Source: Octopus vulgaris
Taxonomy: Eukaryota
DNA length: 64,000 nucleotides
Assembly (NCBI GenBank): GCA_951406725.2
Contig: OX597838.1
Location: 10,416,001-10,480,000 of the forward strand
Direction: 5' to 3'
A model generated the notes under the pieces. That model made no database searches and was not told where the DNA came from. It saw only the letters and a program-made list of their open reading frames with translations. Below, one piece after another: positions 1 through 12,543 of the stretch; positions within the stretch are counted from its first letter, which is position 1; each line of letters opens with the position of its first letter. The translations under genes and the position numbers were made by a program.

Positions 1-181
1 TCTTTCTATATATATATATATCTATCTTTCTCTCTCCTTCATTCCCTCCTGCTTTCTCTCTCTCTCTCTCTCTATATATATATCTATCTATCTCTCTCTA
101 TATATATATCTATCTATCTTTCTCTTTATTTCCCTCCTGCTTTCTCTCTCTCTATATATCTATCTCTCTCTCTCTCTCTCT
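1..181. repeat. (CT)n/(AT)n compound microsatellite
   Basis: Direct reading; includes a duplicated ttccctcctgctttctctctc. Confidence 0.9.
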
Positions 182-539
182 GCTGTTGCTTTATGTCCCA
201 CCGATTGTCCTTATCACATTAAGTTTTAAAAGAAAAGAAAAGTAGAAAGACACCCACTCCTCTACACAAACTCGCTAACAACTTTTATATCACTTGTTTT
301 GTTGTTTTTTTCTTTTTCTGTTTGTTTGTGTTTGTTTGTGTTATTTGTTTCTTAATTTTCTTTCTGATTCTTCGTTTTTTTGTTTTTTTTTCTGGCTGTT
401 TTTTTTTGAATCACGTGGAGGACTTATTTTGTGGATTTGTGGTAGAAACAAAAAAAAAAGAAAAAAGAAAGCAAATACTTACTACTAACTAACAACCTAT
501 ATAAACTCTCTCTGTCTGTCTGTCTCTCTTTCTCTGTCT

Positions 540-1400
540 ATCGTTCAGTCTGGAGTACCTACATGTGAACGAGTACACTTATACTCGTTTGCACGCGTAC
601 TCTCATACTTAGGAAAAGAAATCGCTTTCTTGCGTCCATTAATTGAAAAGGATTCATCTGTGGGTGGGATCGGAGCATTTTGCCACTTGCTATAAAGTCT
701 TATCTCATAAGATACGTATGTCTGTGAATGTCTATATACATATATATATATATATAAAGTATTCATACATACGCACACCTTATATAACCTTTCCCGTTAT
801 CCTTGTTTGAGCTCGCCTATCAATTGTTAATTAGGTGTTTAAAGTCATATATATATACATATATATACATATATATATTAGAGATTTGCTCCATCTCGAT
901 CAGGCTTACTACGAACGACTGCATTCCATGTTTCTCTCTGCACACAACTTCTAAATTAACATCTCCTGAAAGTCAAAGCTCAAACTTTCTCGTGGCTTTT
1001 TTTCTTAAAGCATGGACTTGTAAAAAAATAGGATATCTACTCTATGCTTGAAAGACTTTTTTAGTTTTCTGCCATCCTTTAGTAATTGACATTGACCATA
1101 TCGATTTCTATTTTTTTTTTTTTTTACTATCAATGATTTCGAATTAAAACTATCGATCGATTCGTTTATAAATCCCAATTAATCGGTTTTAAAGCTCCGT
1201 AACATTGATATTCGTTACAAGTTCTGTGTCTCTCTCCTAGGCATCGTGGATTCATTCAAGAGTTGTAAGTAAACTCTTACGGTTTCGAATCTCCTTTGGG
1301 TTTTTTTTTTCCCTTCCTTATTCCTTATTCCCCTCGGTCGCTAAATAATTGCTAACAAGAAACACGAAAGTCCAGAAAAGGGAAAATTAACATTTTTTGA
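540..1400. promoter_or_regulatory. CpG-enriched, transposon-free segment; possible promoter and first non-coding exon
   Basis: Visibly more CG dinucleotides than the rest of the window. GTAAGT donor at 1265 on +; a donor-like site on - at 475-482. Confidence 0.3.
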
Positions 1401-1993
1401 AGAGATGAAAAAAAAAAAAAAAAATTAAGATTCGAGCAAAATTCTGTTAATTATTCTTTGACCTTGTTATATTTTGTATGTAAATTCATGGAAGGTATTA
1501 AACCGTTCATCTAACCCGAAACGGAATTTATGCAATGAATATTTCCATTTGTATTACATAAACTCCGTCTTGAAGTTTTGAATTAAGACATTCGATTCGG
1601 TAGAGATGTAGTTTTTAGTCTTCCTAACGCTCTGCAAAAGTAACTTAGCCTTTTTTTCTTTTGATATATTAGGTTTCGAGTTTACATTAAATGATGATTG
1701 CCGACATTTTTTAACTGCTCTCTGTAAATATTTTAATACAATCCCCTCTTTTAAATGAGATTTTTTATTTTTTAGCTGTTCATATATATAATCATTAGCA
1801 GTATTACTTTACGCGTTTATATATTAGAAGACTGGATTTTCTGACCGTAACCAAATTCCACCTATGATATTTTTCTAAAATGCCGGCTTCTACATCTACA
1901 TATATATCCATCCATACACCGAATCCGATTTCTTCTAATTAGAAATCAACTTATTATTCAACTCCAACTGGATATACATACATACATGCATGC

Positions 1994-2043
<50 letters not shown>

Positions 2044-4192
2044 ATAAAACACACACACACACGTATATATATATATATATATATATATATAACCTCATTA
2101 AATAATGGAGGATTGAAATTACATGTACCACTGAATTTACAACTAGAAATATTTCAAGAAAAGAAAGACAGATGTACTGGGAAATTGAGAAACGAGATGG
2201 TAGGGTGTTTTGTGTGTTTAGTGCATTTCGTGAACAGTAAGCCATTCTGTTAACTTAAAACTATACAAATGGCGTTGAGAATGTATGGATGTCTTCAAAG
2301 CTACCATTTGTCTTACTGAAGGCAAAATTCTATCCGAAATATCTTAGAAATACCACGATACTACAGATTTAGAACCCATCTATGAAGATTATAAAAATTT
2401 TGTTATATACATATATATGTATATGTATATATGTGTGTGTGTGTGTGCATATGTCTATATATAGATGTGTGTGTGTATATATATAGACGGTATTTGATAA
2501 AATTCCTCGTGGTATTTGCCTCAGCTCTGTGCACCGGAGTTCAAATCTCGTTGCAATCAATTTTCCCTTTTCATTCTTTCAGGGTCAATAAAAAAAAAAT
2601 GTGATTCAAGGGAGGTTGATTGGCTAGGGAAGATTGCCTTGCAGTATCAATTCCTACTCTCTATCCGTGCCCGTCCAAGTTGACAGCCTTTCCTTTCGAT
2701 AAATAAAGGTAGCACGGAGAAGTGAGATTTGCATGTTAGCAAAAAAATCTTACTTTAACCTGTGCATACATGTGTAGAGGTATGGTCAATCTTGACTAAA
2801 TGAGGTTTCATTTGAGTTAGTGTGTGTCATCATCGTCATCACTTAACCTCTGTTTTCCATGCTAGCATGAGTTGGACGGTTTGACAAGAACTGGCAAGGC
2901 CAGGAGTTGCACCAAGCTCCAGTCTGTTTTAGCTTGGTTTCTGTGGCTGGATGCCCTTCCTAACACCAACCATTTTACTGTTTACTGAGTGTTTTTTACG
3001 TGGCACCTTCGTTTTAGGATCTCTGTATGTGTATGTATTTATATATAATCATCGCTATTTAACGTCCACATTTCCATGCTTGTATTGGTCAGACACTATT
3101 TGTTGATTTACTGTGGCGGGATGCTCTTCCTATCATCAACCTTCACCTGTTCCCAAGCAAGGTAATATTTCTTATGCCCAGATATGGAAGATTGGAAATA
3201 AACAACTTAGCCTGTATGATGGCGATGCTTGCTTACAATAATCACGTGGTGTTAAGACAAGGGTATACACACACACACACACACACAAACATTAAGTATG
3301 ATGGGCTTCTTTCACTATCCAAAATCCATCCCAACAGCTTTGGCTAGCCTGGGGTTATAGAAGACACTTACCCAAGGTGCTGTGCAGTGGAATTGAACAT
3401 GAGACAAGGTTGGGGAGCAAGCTTCTTAACCGCACAGCTGTGTGTGCATGTATGTGTGTATATCTATTTCTTTACTACCCACAAGGGGCTAAACACAGGG
3501 GGGGACGAACAAGGACAGACATAGGTATTAAGTCGATTATATCGACCCCAGTGCGTAACTGGTACTTGATTTATCGACCCCGAAAGGATGAAAGGCAAAG
3601 TCGACCTCGGCGGAATTTGAACTTAGAACGTAGCGGCAGACGAAATACGGCTACGCATTTTCGCCCCTGCGTGCTAACGTTTCTGCCAGCTTGCCGTCTT
3701 ATGTGTATGTATGTATGTATGTATATCATTTAATGTCTGTTGTCCATGCTAGCATGAGTTGGATGGTTTGATCAGGGCTGGTCAGCTGAGAGGCTGCACC
3801 AGATTCCAGTTTGATTTGCATGTGTTGGCATCATGATTTCTTTGGCTGGATGCCCTTCCTAATGCCAACCTCTCTGAGAGTATAATGAATGCTTTTATGT
3901 GCCAGTTACATGGCAACAGCATCAGCCACATTGCCTCCGTGAGGTCCAACACTGAAATGGAGCTTTTTATATGTCACTGACACCGGCCACCAGTTATAGG
4001 ATTCAATAGAATCTAGACACCTCAACATGTAGGATGCCAGAAATGGCTGGGTACAATAGCATAGGGTTCACAATGAGGTAAAACAACTGTGAAAGTATTG
4101 TGTTAGTAGGATACTGTAATAATGGATATATCAAATCCAATTTAAACCATAGATCCAACCTAGGGTTGATTCTAGGTTCAGCATAGGAGCTG

Positions 4193-4413
4193 AAAAGAGC
4201 ACAAATGGGGTTTAAAATATACGACAGCTGTTTCGTAGAGTACATCATAGCATATAATCCACCATCTTCAGGTAAAATTTTAAACAGGTGAGATACCTGT
4301 TTAATACTTTATTGGAAGATGGTGGACTGATGTTATGATGTAATGTATGAATGCATCAATAAAGTTCTATTGAAACAGCTGCTGTAAATTCCAAACCCCA
4401 TTTGTGTTCTTTT
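4193..4413 (-). mobile_element. Penelope-like inverted terminus with a degenerate minimal hammerhead motif
   Basis: Imperfect inverted repeat; the minus strand of 4214-4281 reads CUGAAGA...GAAAC-AGCU-GUC. Confidence 0.55.
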
Positions 4414-5719
4414 ATATAGGTCAAATTGCTGATGAGTGTTACTGGTGACATGCTTGGTTGGGTCTTTTTCATTTTCTTCCAACTGCTTTTTACAAATTTT
4501 GTAGTTTTGCATGCTGCTGATGAAAATCGGATTTTTAAAAATGAATATTATAAAGAACTTAACATTTAAAGTTAGATAATTTTAGCCAATGAGATTAAGT
4601 CCATCCTCACAAATGGAAGTTGAAACTGTTTGCTGCCATGACAGTTCAGGTGTACCATTACACAACCATATATAAATTTTTGAAAATGAAAATATATAAA
4701 GGGGAACCATAAAAATTGAATTAGAGATGAAGTTTTGAATCTTAAATTTTATAAAAAGTAATTTTTTAGAGTAAAAAGATAATTTTGTAATAATTTCTTT
4801 CTGTAATGAAAGAAAGTGAACGTTTTTTTTTTGTTTATATTTATATACAATTAGAATGATATTAGTGCCATAGTAACAGGTCTTGCTTCGGACTTGCTAA
4901 CAGCCAAAATGAAATGAAAACACATGGACTGTCAATAAAAGAAAATAATGAAATACAATAAAACTTTAGTACCTATAGAACTAAGAGTGCCAGAGTACTG
5001 GTTATTCCCTCGCTTGAGATAGGCCCAAGTGCTTTCTGCTTGTTGAGTATGGGTTCTGTCTAGTGAATTTACAAATTCAATGCTTTTTTACTGTTCTGTG
5101 GCAAAATTGGTACCCTGGTGTCTCAGAAATATGCAAGTAGGTGCATCACAGGTCACTGTAAATAGTTGTTCTTGGCAGAATTGTTTGTCAAGTGCAATCT
5201 GTAAGTGTATCATGATCTCAAGAGGCTACAGCAAAAAAAGAAGAAAAAAACTGTTTGGGTTGCATTCAAACCCTAGTTGTATTTTCTCCTCAAAAATATA
5301 GTCACATGTATTTCAACGATTCTACCAGGACCACCCTTGATCTTCATTGGATTGTGGAGCAAATCTTCCACACAGGTCCCCTATAAATAAATTTTATAGT
5401 CTACTGCAATAATTATACTAATCCCTAATTCCTCCTTACAAAACCTTGTTGCTGTCAATTCTTGCACTCACAGCAGTATGAGTAAATGACAATACACAAG
5501 AGTTACATAACAATTTCAACTTTCTCCCTGTAAGGACATTGGCTTGAAACTCATTTGCTAAAAATATATAAATTTAAATGCTTCTAACTTATTTCCAAAA
5601 TGATAACTGATGTCAACAGCATGCAAAACTAGAGCTAACGTACATGTTTTTGATAATTTTCAGATTAAGATTTGTGGTTGGAAGAAAGCAAAAAAGATCC
5701 ACTGAGTCTAACTTTTTGC

Positions 5720-7975
5720 ATGGTTGGACATTGGTGAGGTACCCCTTAGCTGTTGTTAAAGCGTATTGCTAGGAGAAAGCATTACAGTGGCAACGACTAC
5801 ACCAAGGCTATATAACTGGGTGGGCTACCTTGAAAGACAACCACACAAGGACAATTTTGAGCTTAAACCCTCTGTGCCTGTGAGTTCCTACCTCAAAGCA
5901 CAGGCTGGAATCAACCCCGACAGGAAATTATGATGGAGGAGAATTTGGAACCCATAGACTTTTCATGTTGAAGATAGCTTGAAGACAATGAATGGCTGAT
6001 GACTCTTGACCCTCCAGAGGGCTCACTATCCTGTGCTCTACAGGAGGTAAGTCAACTTGGGGGACTGCTGTGGTCGGTGACTTACCAAGTCACTGGCCTA
6101 AATTCTAGATCTGATCGGATTGCCATCGATATACACAGAGAAGCCTTCAGCAAGATCAAATTAAGGTGTAAATACCTATATGCATATGAAGTGTCCAGGC
6201 ATTCGTTAAGTTGGGAAGCTGCACAGTATCACCCAGGAAATGAGATGATATGGCTGAGAGACATTGGATTGGAGTTGGGCCCTTCACTACTACAGAAGGC
6301 AAGCCACTTGTCTATACTGGAGCCAGTGTGTAATCTTTTCTAAGGATGTTTTAAAGTACTTTTTCTCTTGAAGGTCAACCGATGATTGTCATTCTCTATG
6401 TATGTGTGAAGACCTCACCTTTCAGTCTCTCTCTGATCCAGGTTTATGCACACGAAGAGATTAAAAGCTTTCTATAACAATGTGTGAGGCACCTTCCAAG
6501 GCTGTCCAAGCTAGAAGATTGCGTTGGTTGCTGGGCACCTTAGCACCAAGGTAGGACTCCCCAGATAGTTAAACCTGCAGGCATTAGAGCTTAGCAACTC
6601 AGAACAGTTTTGGGGAGCGAATTCTTTCACAACAAAATCCCATATGTCCCAATAAACTACCTTTCACCAGCCTCAGCAGACACACAACATTTGGCTCTCT
6701 TCTTTCAAGAGGAACACTAACCAGTTTCACTAATCCTGATGAAGGGGCACTGGAGTTGAAGTTTATCACCAACTCCAGGGCATATCTGGGACCTGACTGA
6801 ACTCGAAGCATAACATGGTGGGAGCCAATATCAAGTAATGGGTTAGGAGAGCAAGTACTGGGATCAGAATGACAAGGCTCACTCTTGATGCCCACAAGTC
6901 AGTGACAACTAGAGAAACCTACAACATAGAAGTTAACCACAAATCCAAATCCCTGAATGTGTCCGAAGATGAATTTTGCCCCCACCAAGGAGCTGATAGA
7001 GGATGTTAAGTTGGTGAAGATGAGTCGACCTTGGATCCCAATTCTACAGCTGATGGATTGGAGGCACTCATTCACAGGAGAATGAGTAGATACAGGACTG
7101 TACAATGCTAAGCCAGGAAGGGAGGACGAGACTTCATGGCTAGAAGCCCTTTGCCATAATTCCAGAATGGTCTATGGTATTAAAAAAAAAATCCAACCAA
7201 AATAGTACAACGTTGAAGTTGAATTGACTGAGTCCTGAGGATATGTGGCGAGTATGGAGAGAAACCATAGCAGGATGTCAGTGACTTTAATGGTTGCAGT
7301 AACAAAGTACACTGCATGTTGAAGTGAAGGAAACAATTCAGCACCTACCCCCGAAACAAAGCAGGAAGTGTTGACAACCTTGCTGTGAAATTACTGAAAA
7401 TAATAAAGGGTTCCCACCAAGCTGTATGACAAGACCTGTGAGACAGGCAATTAGTCTGTAGACTGAATTTGAATAGTCTTTGTTGCACTGCTAATTGCTC
7501 AGTGCTGTACCTGATTAGCCTCACCTGCAGGGAATGGAACAGGTTGTCTAAGAAGAGCTTGTGGAAATGCAGTCAAAGTTTCATAAAGCAGTGGGCACTA
7601 GGGACCAGATCTTTAGTAACAGCATTCTTGTAGGCAAAGCCTAAGGACATTGTTCCTCTCTACATGTCCATTGATTGTGACAAAACCTTTGACTTTATGT
7701 AGCATTCCATATGTGTAAGGTGTTTCAGATAATGGGGATTGAGGGCTTGGAAACCAACTCATTGCAGAGATTGTACAAGGATCAGTAGAGACAGCTCTTT
7801 ATGGAATGTGAATCTCTGGACTGGTTTTGCTTCAGGAAAGGTGTTTAACGGGCAATGCAGAGATTAGGTGATCTTGGCTATCTTTGTATATGCATTAGTG
7901 GCTGATGGCTAAGTAACATTTGCTATACTAATGATATTGTACTAATTGCTACTCACTGCACTGTAGAGACTGATT
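5720..7975 (+). mobile_element. Degraded RTE-clade LINE (endonuclease and RT remnants)
   Basis: Frameshifted motifs: QVYA (~6438), GTRDQIF (~7593), ID.DKTFD (~7669), RKGV (~7834), NICYTNDIVLIA (~7915, decayed YADD). Left boundary approximate. Confidence 0.75.
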
Positions 7976-8182
7976 AATAAGTTTTACTTGTTTCAGTCAT
8001 TTGACTGCAGCCATGCTGGAGCACCGCTTTGAAGGGTCTTAGTCAAACATCGACCCCAGGACTTCTTTTAAAGCCTAGTACTTATTCTACTAATCTCTTT
8101 GCTGGTCGGCTAAGTTACGGGGATGTAAACACACCAACATCAGTTGTTAAGCAATGGTAGGGGGACAAATATGGACACAAAG

Positions 8183-8230
<48 letters not shown>

Positions 8231-8265
8231 GCACAAATAAACACACACACACAGAAACACACACA

Positions 8266-8305
<40 letters not shown>

Positions 8306-9460
8306 TGGTGGGCCTTTTTCAGTTTCCATCTACCAAATCCACTCACAAGACTGGTTGGCTTGAGGCTATAGTAGAAGACACTTGCCCAAGGTGCAACACA
8401 ATGAGATTGAACCTGGAACCATGTGGTTGGGAAACATGTTTCTTACCACATATACAATGGGCATCCATACAGTTTCACAAATCCTCTCACAAAAGCATTG
8501 GCCAGTCTGGTGCTTTAGTAGAAGACACTGACACAAGTTGCCATACAGTGCACCTGGAGCCACAAGGTTGCAAAGTGGCCTTCTCAACTTCTGTGTGTGT
8601 ATATATATGCATACTTGTATGTATGTATGTATGTATGTATGTGTGTGTATATATATATATATATAATCATGTGACCTACCAAGCTATCAGATGTTACATG
8701 TCATTGATCACAATACGCTTTTGCATGGTTTTAGCCTTCAAATTATACCACGCTGATGGCTAAGTGAGCAGGCCAACAATCCCCATTGATTGAAGGGGGA
8801 CTGGAGCAATGTGAAATGAAGTGTTTTGCTCAAGAACACAACATGCTGCCTAATCAGCAAATCTAATCTATGAAATAGCGATTGTGAGTACAACAGCCTA
8901 ACCACTAGGCCACACGCTTTCACATAAGTATGTGTGCATACCTCAACTTAATACTACATTTCCTGTTAGGTCTTTTTTGACTTTACATTTTGTTCCCTAT
9001 AAGAAATAAATGGGAAAATAAACATCAGCTTTAGTCAATCTATCCAACTTGTCTCAGTAAACATATTTAAGAGCTTATAAATTAAACATACAAACAAATA
9101 CTGAAGTGGAAAATCAAATAAATTTTCATGTTTAGAATCATCCGTTTATTAAAGTAAATATGAGCTGATAATTTGCTTTTTAAAATGGTTTTACATATGT
9201 TATTTTTCAAGTTAAGTTGTATGTCTTGAAAGCTAATTACCAATGTAAGTTAAGGTTTACCTGTATGCATTTGGATGTTTGTCTATGTATGTGTGTGTGT
9301 GTATCTATATGTATATATGCGTACATGTACAATTGTGTATTTGTATCATTATTAAGATTTATGTTCTGTGTTGGCATGTGTTGGATATCTTCAGAGAGTG
9401 CAATGAGTCTGGGCTGCAATGTGCTCTGGCATCTGCTTTCACATGGTATCTATGCTGGAC

Positions 9461-9702
9461 CAAGGCGGCGAGCTGGCAGAGTCGTTAGCATGCTGGGCGA
9501 AATGCTTAACGGTATTTTGTCTGTCGTTACGTTGTGAGTTCAAATTCCGCCAAGGTCAACTTTGCCTTTCATCCTTTCGGGGTCGATAAATTAATTACCA
9601 GTTATGCACTGGGGTCGATGTAATCGACTTAATACCTATGTCTGTCCTTGTTTGGGCCCCCCCCCCCCCTGTGTTTAGCCCCTTGTGGGTAATAAAGAAA
9701 TA
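9461..9702 (+). mobile_element. tRNA-derived SINE with Meta-like central domain
   Basis: A/B-box head, gcctttcatcctttcggggtcgataaa core, 15-bp TSD ggtatctatgctgga. Confidence 0.8.
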
Positions 9703-10699
9703 GGTATCTATGCTGGATGCCTTTCCTAATGCTAACCACTTTACAACAGGTAGCGAGTGCCTTTTGTGCCAGCATTAGTGAGATCACCATGTAGCCTGCA
9801 TGACTTATGATCCCCTTTCCCTGGGTGGGTCTACAATAGGGGGCGAGGTGATTTTATGCTAGAAGATATAGGGGTTAAAGCAGGTTTCTTACTGTAGGGA
9901 TTTTCATGGTTACACTCACATTATAGAAGACAGTGGAAATAACTGGGGTCTAGTTGTGATGGTTTGTTAAGAATGGACTCTAAAGGTATGAAATCAGTAG
10001 CAGTGGAAGCTGAAGAACTTTGAATGTGGGTAGGTTGTGGTTGTAAAAGTGTATGAGTGAGAGATAGTTAAAGATGGAGAATGGGTGAGGGATAGATATA
10101 AGCAACAAGTTTTGAGGGATGAGTTGGGTTTGTAGGAAAGAGTAGGTGACAACTGTATCGGTTCAGTAGAGTGGATGTGTCTGGCGCATAAGGAGTGGGT
10201 GGTGACAAACGATACAGGGCTTGGGGCATGTAGGGGAGTGTGAGATGACTGTGCAGAAAAAGATGGAGTGAAGACCAGCAAAATAGTAATAATGATACGT
10301 TAGACAGGGGAAGGATGAGAGAGAGACGACATGTAGTCAGGTAGGTTATAATAAGAGGCAGGTGTAGTGAATGGGGAGAGTGAGAAATGTAAGGTGATGA
10401 AGGTGAGATAATTTGGTAGCTCAGGAAGGTGGTAATTGTAAAACATAGGTGGAGAGGACAGTATTAAGAATAAAGGATGGGTAATAAGTGTAATGGTTTT
10501 AGGTTGTGAACTAGTAGTTTGATTGCTCTTTGGTTGTGACTCTTTAAGGCATCTCCTTTGCCTTTGTACCAGTTTTATGATGATACTGCGACATCGGTCA
10601 TTGGGTATGATACCTTTTATAACTTTTGTATCCAGATGGTAATTGCATATTCTTACCTTACCAGATATTTTGAGCATCTCTAGCCATCCCTAATTTACC

Positions 10700-11662
10700 T
10701 GCTGTTCTCCTCTTCATGTCTTTGATTTATCTACTATGCTTCTTTGAACTTGAATTGCTGGTCCCTCTGTTGGGTGAACACAAGATAATTCCGCTTTATT
10801 TCATGCATTCTCTACATTCAGCAGCCTTTTATAATTGCACTTCCATGCCACTTTCTTGTCTTCCATATCAATGGTGAACCAACATCCATCATTCTGAATA
10901 CTTGTGTCACCAGTGACACCTTAGTTCTACCTCACACGTCTCTCATTCCTGACTACCTCACACCTCTGATCCTCATGTCGCAAGGCATGTTCATATCTCT
11001 TCCTTTCTGCTTCACCTTTAGCCAAATATATATTAGCTGCCTTTCTAGCCATTAAAATCTTCCTACTACCACTTTTCTCCACTTTTCTTTTAGCCTTTAC
11101 TGCCCTATCAACCATATCATTCCACCAGCATGCTACTTTTGGTTTCCCTGGGACTTTGCTCCTTGCTCCAGCCACATGGCTAATCTGTAGCCCTAAGCAT
11201 GTTATTGTCATCTTACGCTACAGGAATCTTCTTAATCCCTACAGTCATATGCATTACTTGGAATTTCTTTAATTCTATTTCCAATTGTTAGATTTTTTAG
11301 TTTCCATATTTTCCTTTTAAAGTCTTCTCTCATTTCTGAGTCTGCCTAGCTTTGACTCTGAAGTCACTAACCACAAATCTAAGTTGTATGGTGAATTTTT
11401 CACCAGGAAATGTTTCAGTATTTACAATAGACCCGTCTTGTTTCCTGATGAGAATGTAATCTATCTGACTTGCGTGCTTGCCAGATTGGTAGGTGATGAG
11501 GTGGTTGGGTGATTTCCTAAAATACGTTTTGGAAATAGTTAGATCAGTTGCATCACAGAACTCCAGGAGCCTTACACACTCCTAAATTCTTAAACCAAAC
11601 CCATAGCCTCTACTTATGTTACATGTTGCTCATGGCCATTGAAATTGCCAGCCACAATAATG
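10700..11662 (-). mobile_element. Degraded RTE-clade LINE fragment (AP endonuclease and linker)
   Basis: Minus-strand peptides IIVAGNFN, TYFRKSPNHLITYQSGKHASQIDYILIR and WWNDMVDRAVKAKRK. Confidence 0.8.
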
Positions 11663-11664
11663 CG

Positions 11665-11700
<36 letters not shown>

Positions 11701-11742
11701 TGTATGTATGTATGTGTCTCTATATGTACATACAACCTTACA

Positions 11743-12028
11743 TATTACAGCTCACAAAGACATTTGTCGATTTGGGGCTAGAACACACAACACTTGATCA
11801 AAATTGAACACAGTGGGACTAAACTGAAATCCATGTTGTTGCAAAACGACCTTCTTAACCATACAGCCATAATACACACACACATGCGCACACGCGTGTG
11901 TGTATGGCTGTATGGTTAAGAAGGTCGTTCTGCAACGTGGATTTCAGTTTAGTCCTACTGTGTTAAATTTTGATCAAGCGTTGTCTGCTCTAGCCCCAAA
12001 TCGACAAATGTCTTTGTGAGCTGTAATA
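11743..12028. repeat. Long inverted repeat (~135-bp arms) derived from a CORE-like SINE head
   Basis: Arms ~11743-11880 and ~11895-12028 are reverse complements with few mismatches. Confidence 0.92.
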
Positions 12029-12171
12029 GTTGTCTTGAGAGTTAGTTATTAACCCTTTAGTATTCAGATTAACTCTGTCAAATCTGATTCTTATTTATTC
12101 ACTTTTTGAATTAATCATGCATTAATCTCATAGCTTTGAGATTTTGATGATGTGACTGTTTATTTTTAGAA

Positions 12172-12543
12172 CTAGCAGTATCGCCCGGCGTTGCTCAGGT
12201 TTGTAAGGGAAATAACTATAAAGCATTTTTAGAGAGTTATAGCCAAAAAATAGCAAAAAAAATGGAAAAAAAATGATGGTAAATTTTTTTGAGAGTTAAA
12301 AAAGGTCGAGTTGCGTCCCCTAGACAGTCTGTGGTTTGTGTTTCTGATTCTCGACCCCATGTCGAATTTATCGATTTTTTCAGAACTGGGGGAACTTTTC
12401 AAAATTTTCGCTGCGTTAGTTTTGAATTATGACATTGGGCTATGTGTGTGTCAAGTTTCATCAGAATCGGTTGAAAGCCGTGGTCAGGGTGAGGGTACAA
12501 CCAAACAGACACACAGACAAACTGCCGTTTATATAGAGAGAGA
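12172..12543 (-). mobile_element. Non-autonomous Helitron, copy 1 (nested in a TTAA MITE)
   Basis: On - strand starts TC and ends CTAG, with a GC-rich subterminal hairpin. Inserted between A and T with no TSD; removing it restores the MITE sequence tttttagaatgacattg. Confidence 0.88.
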
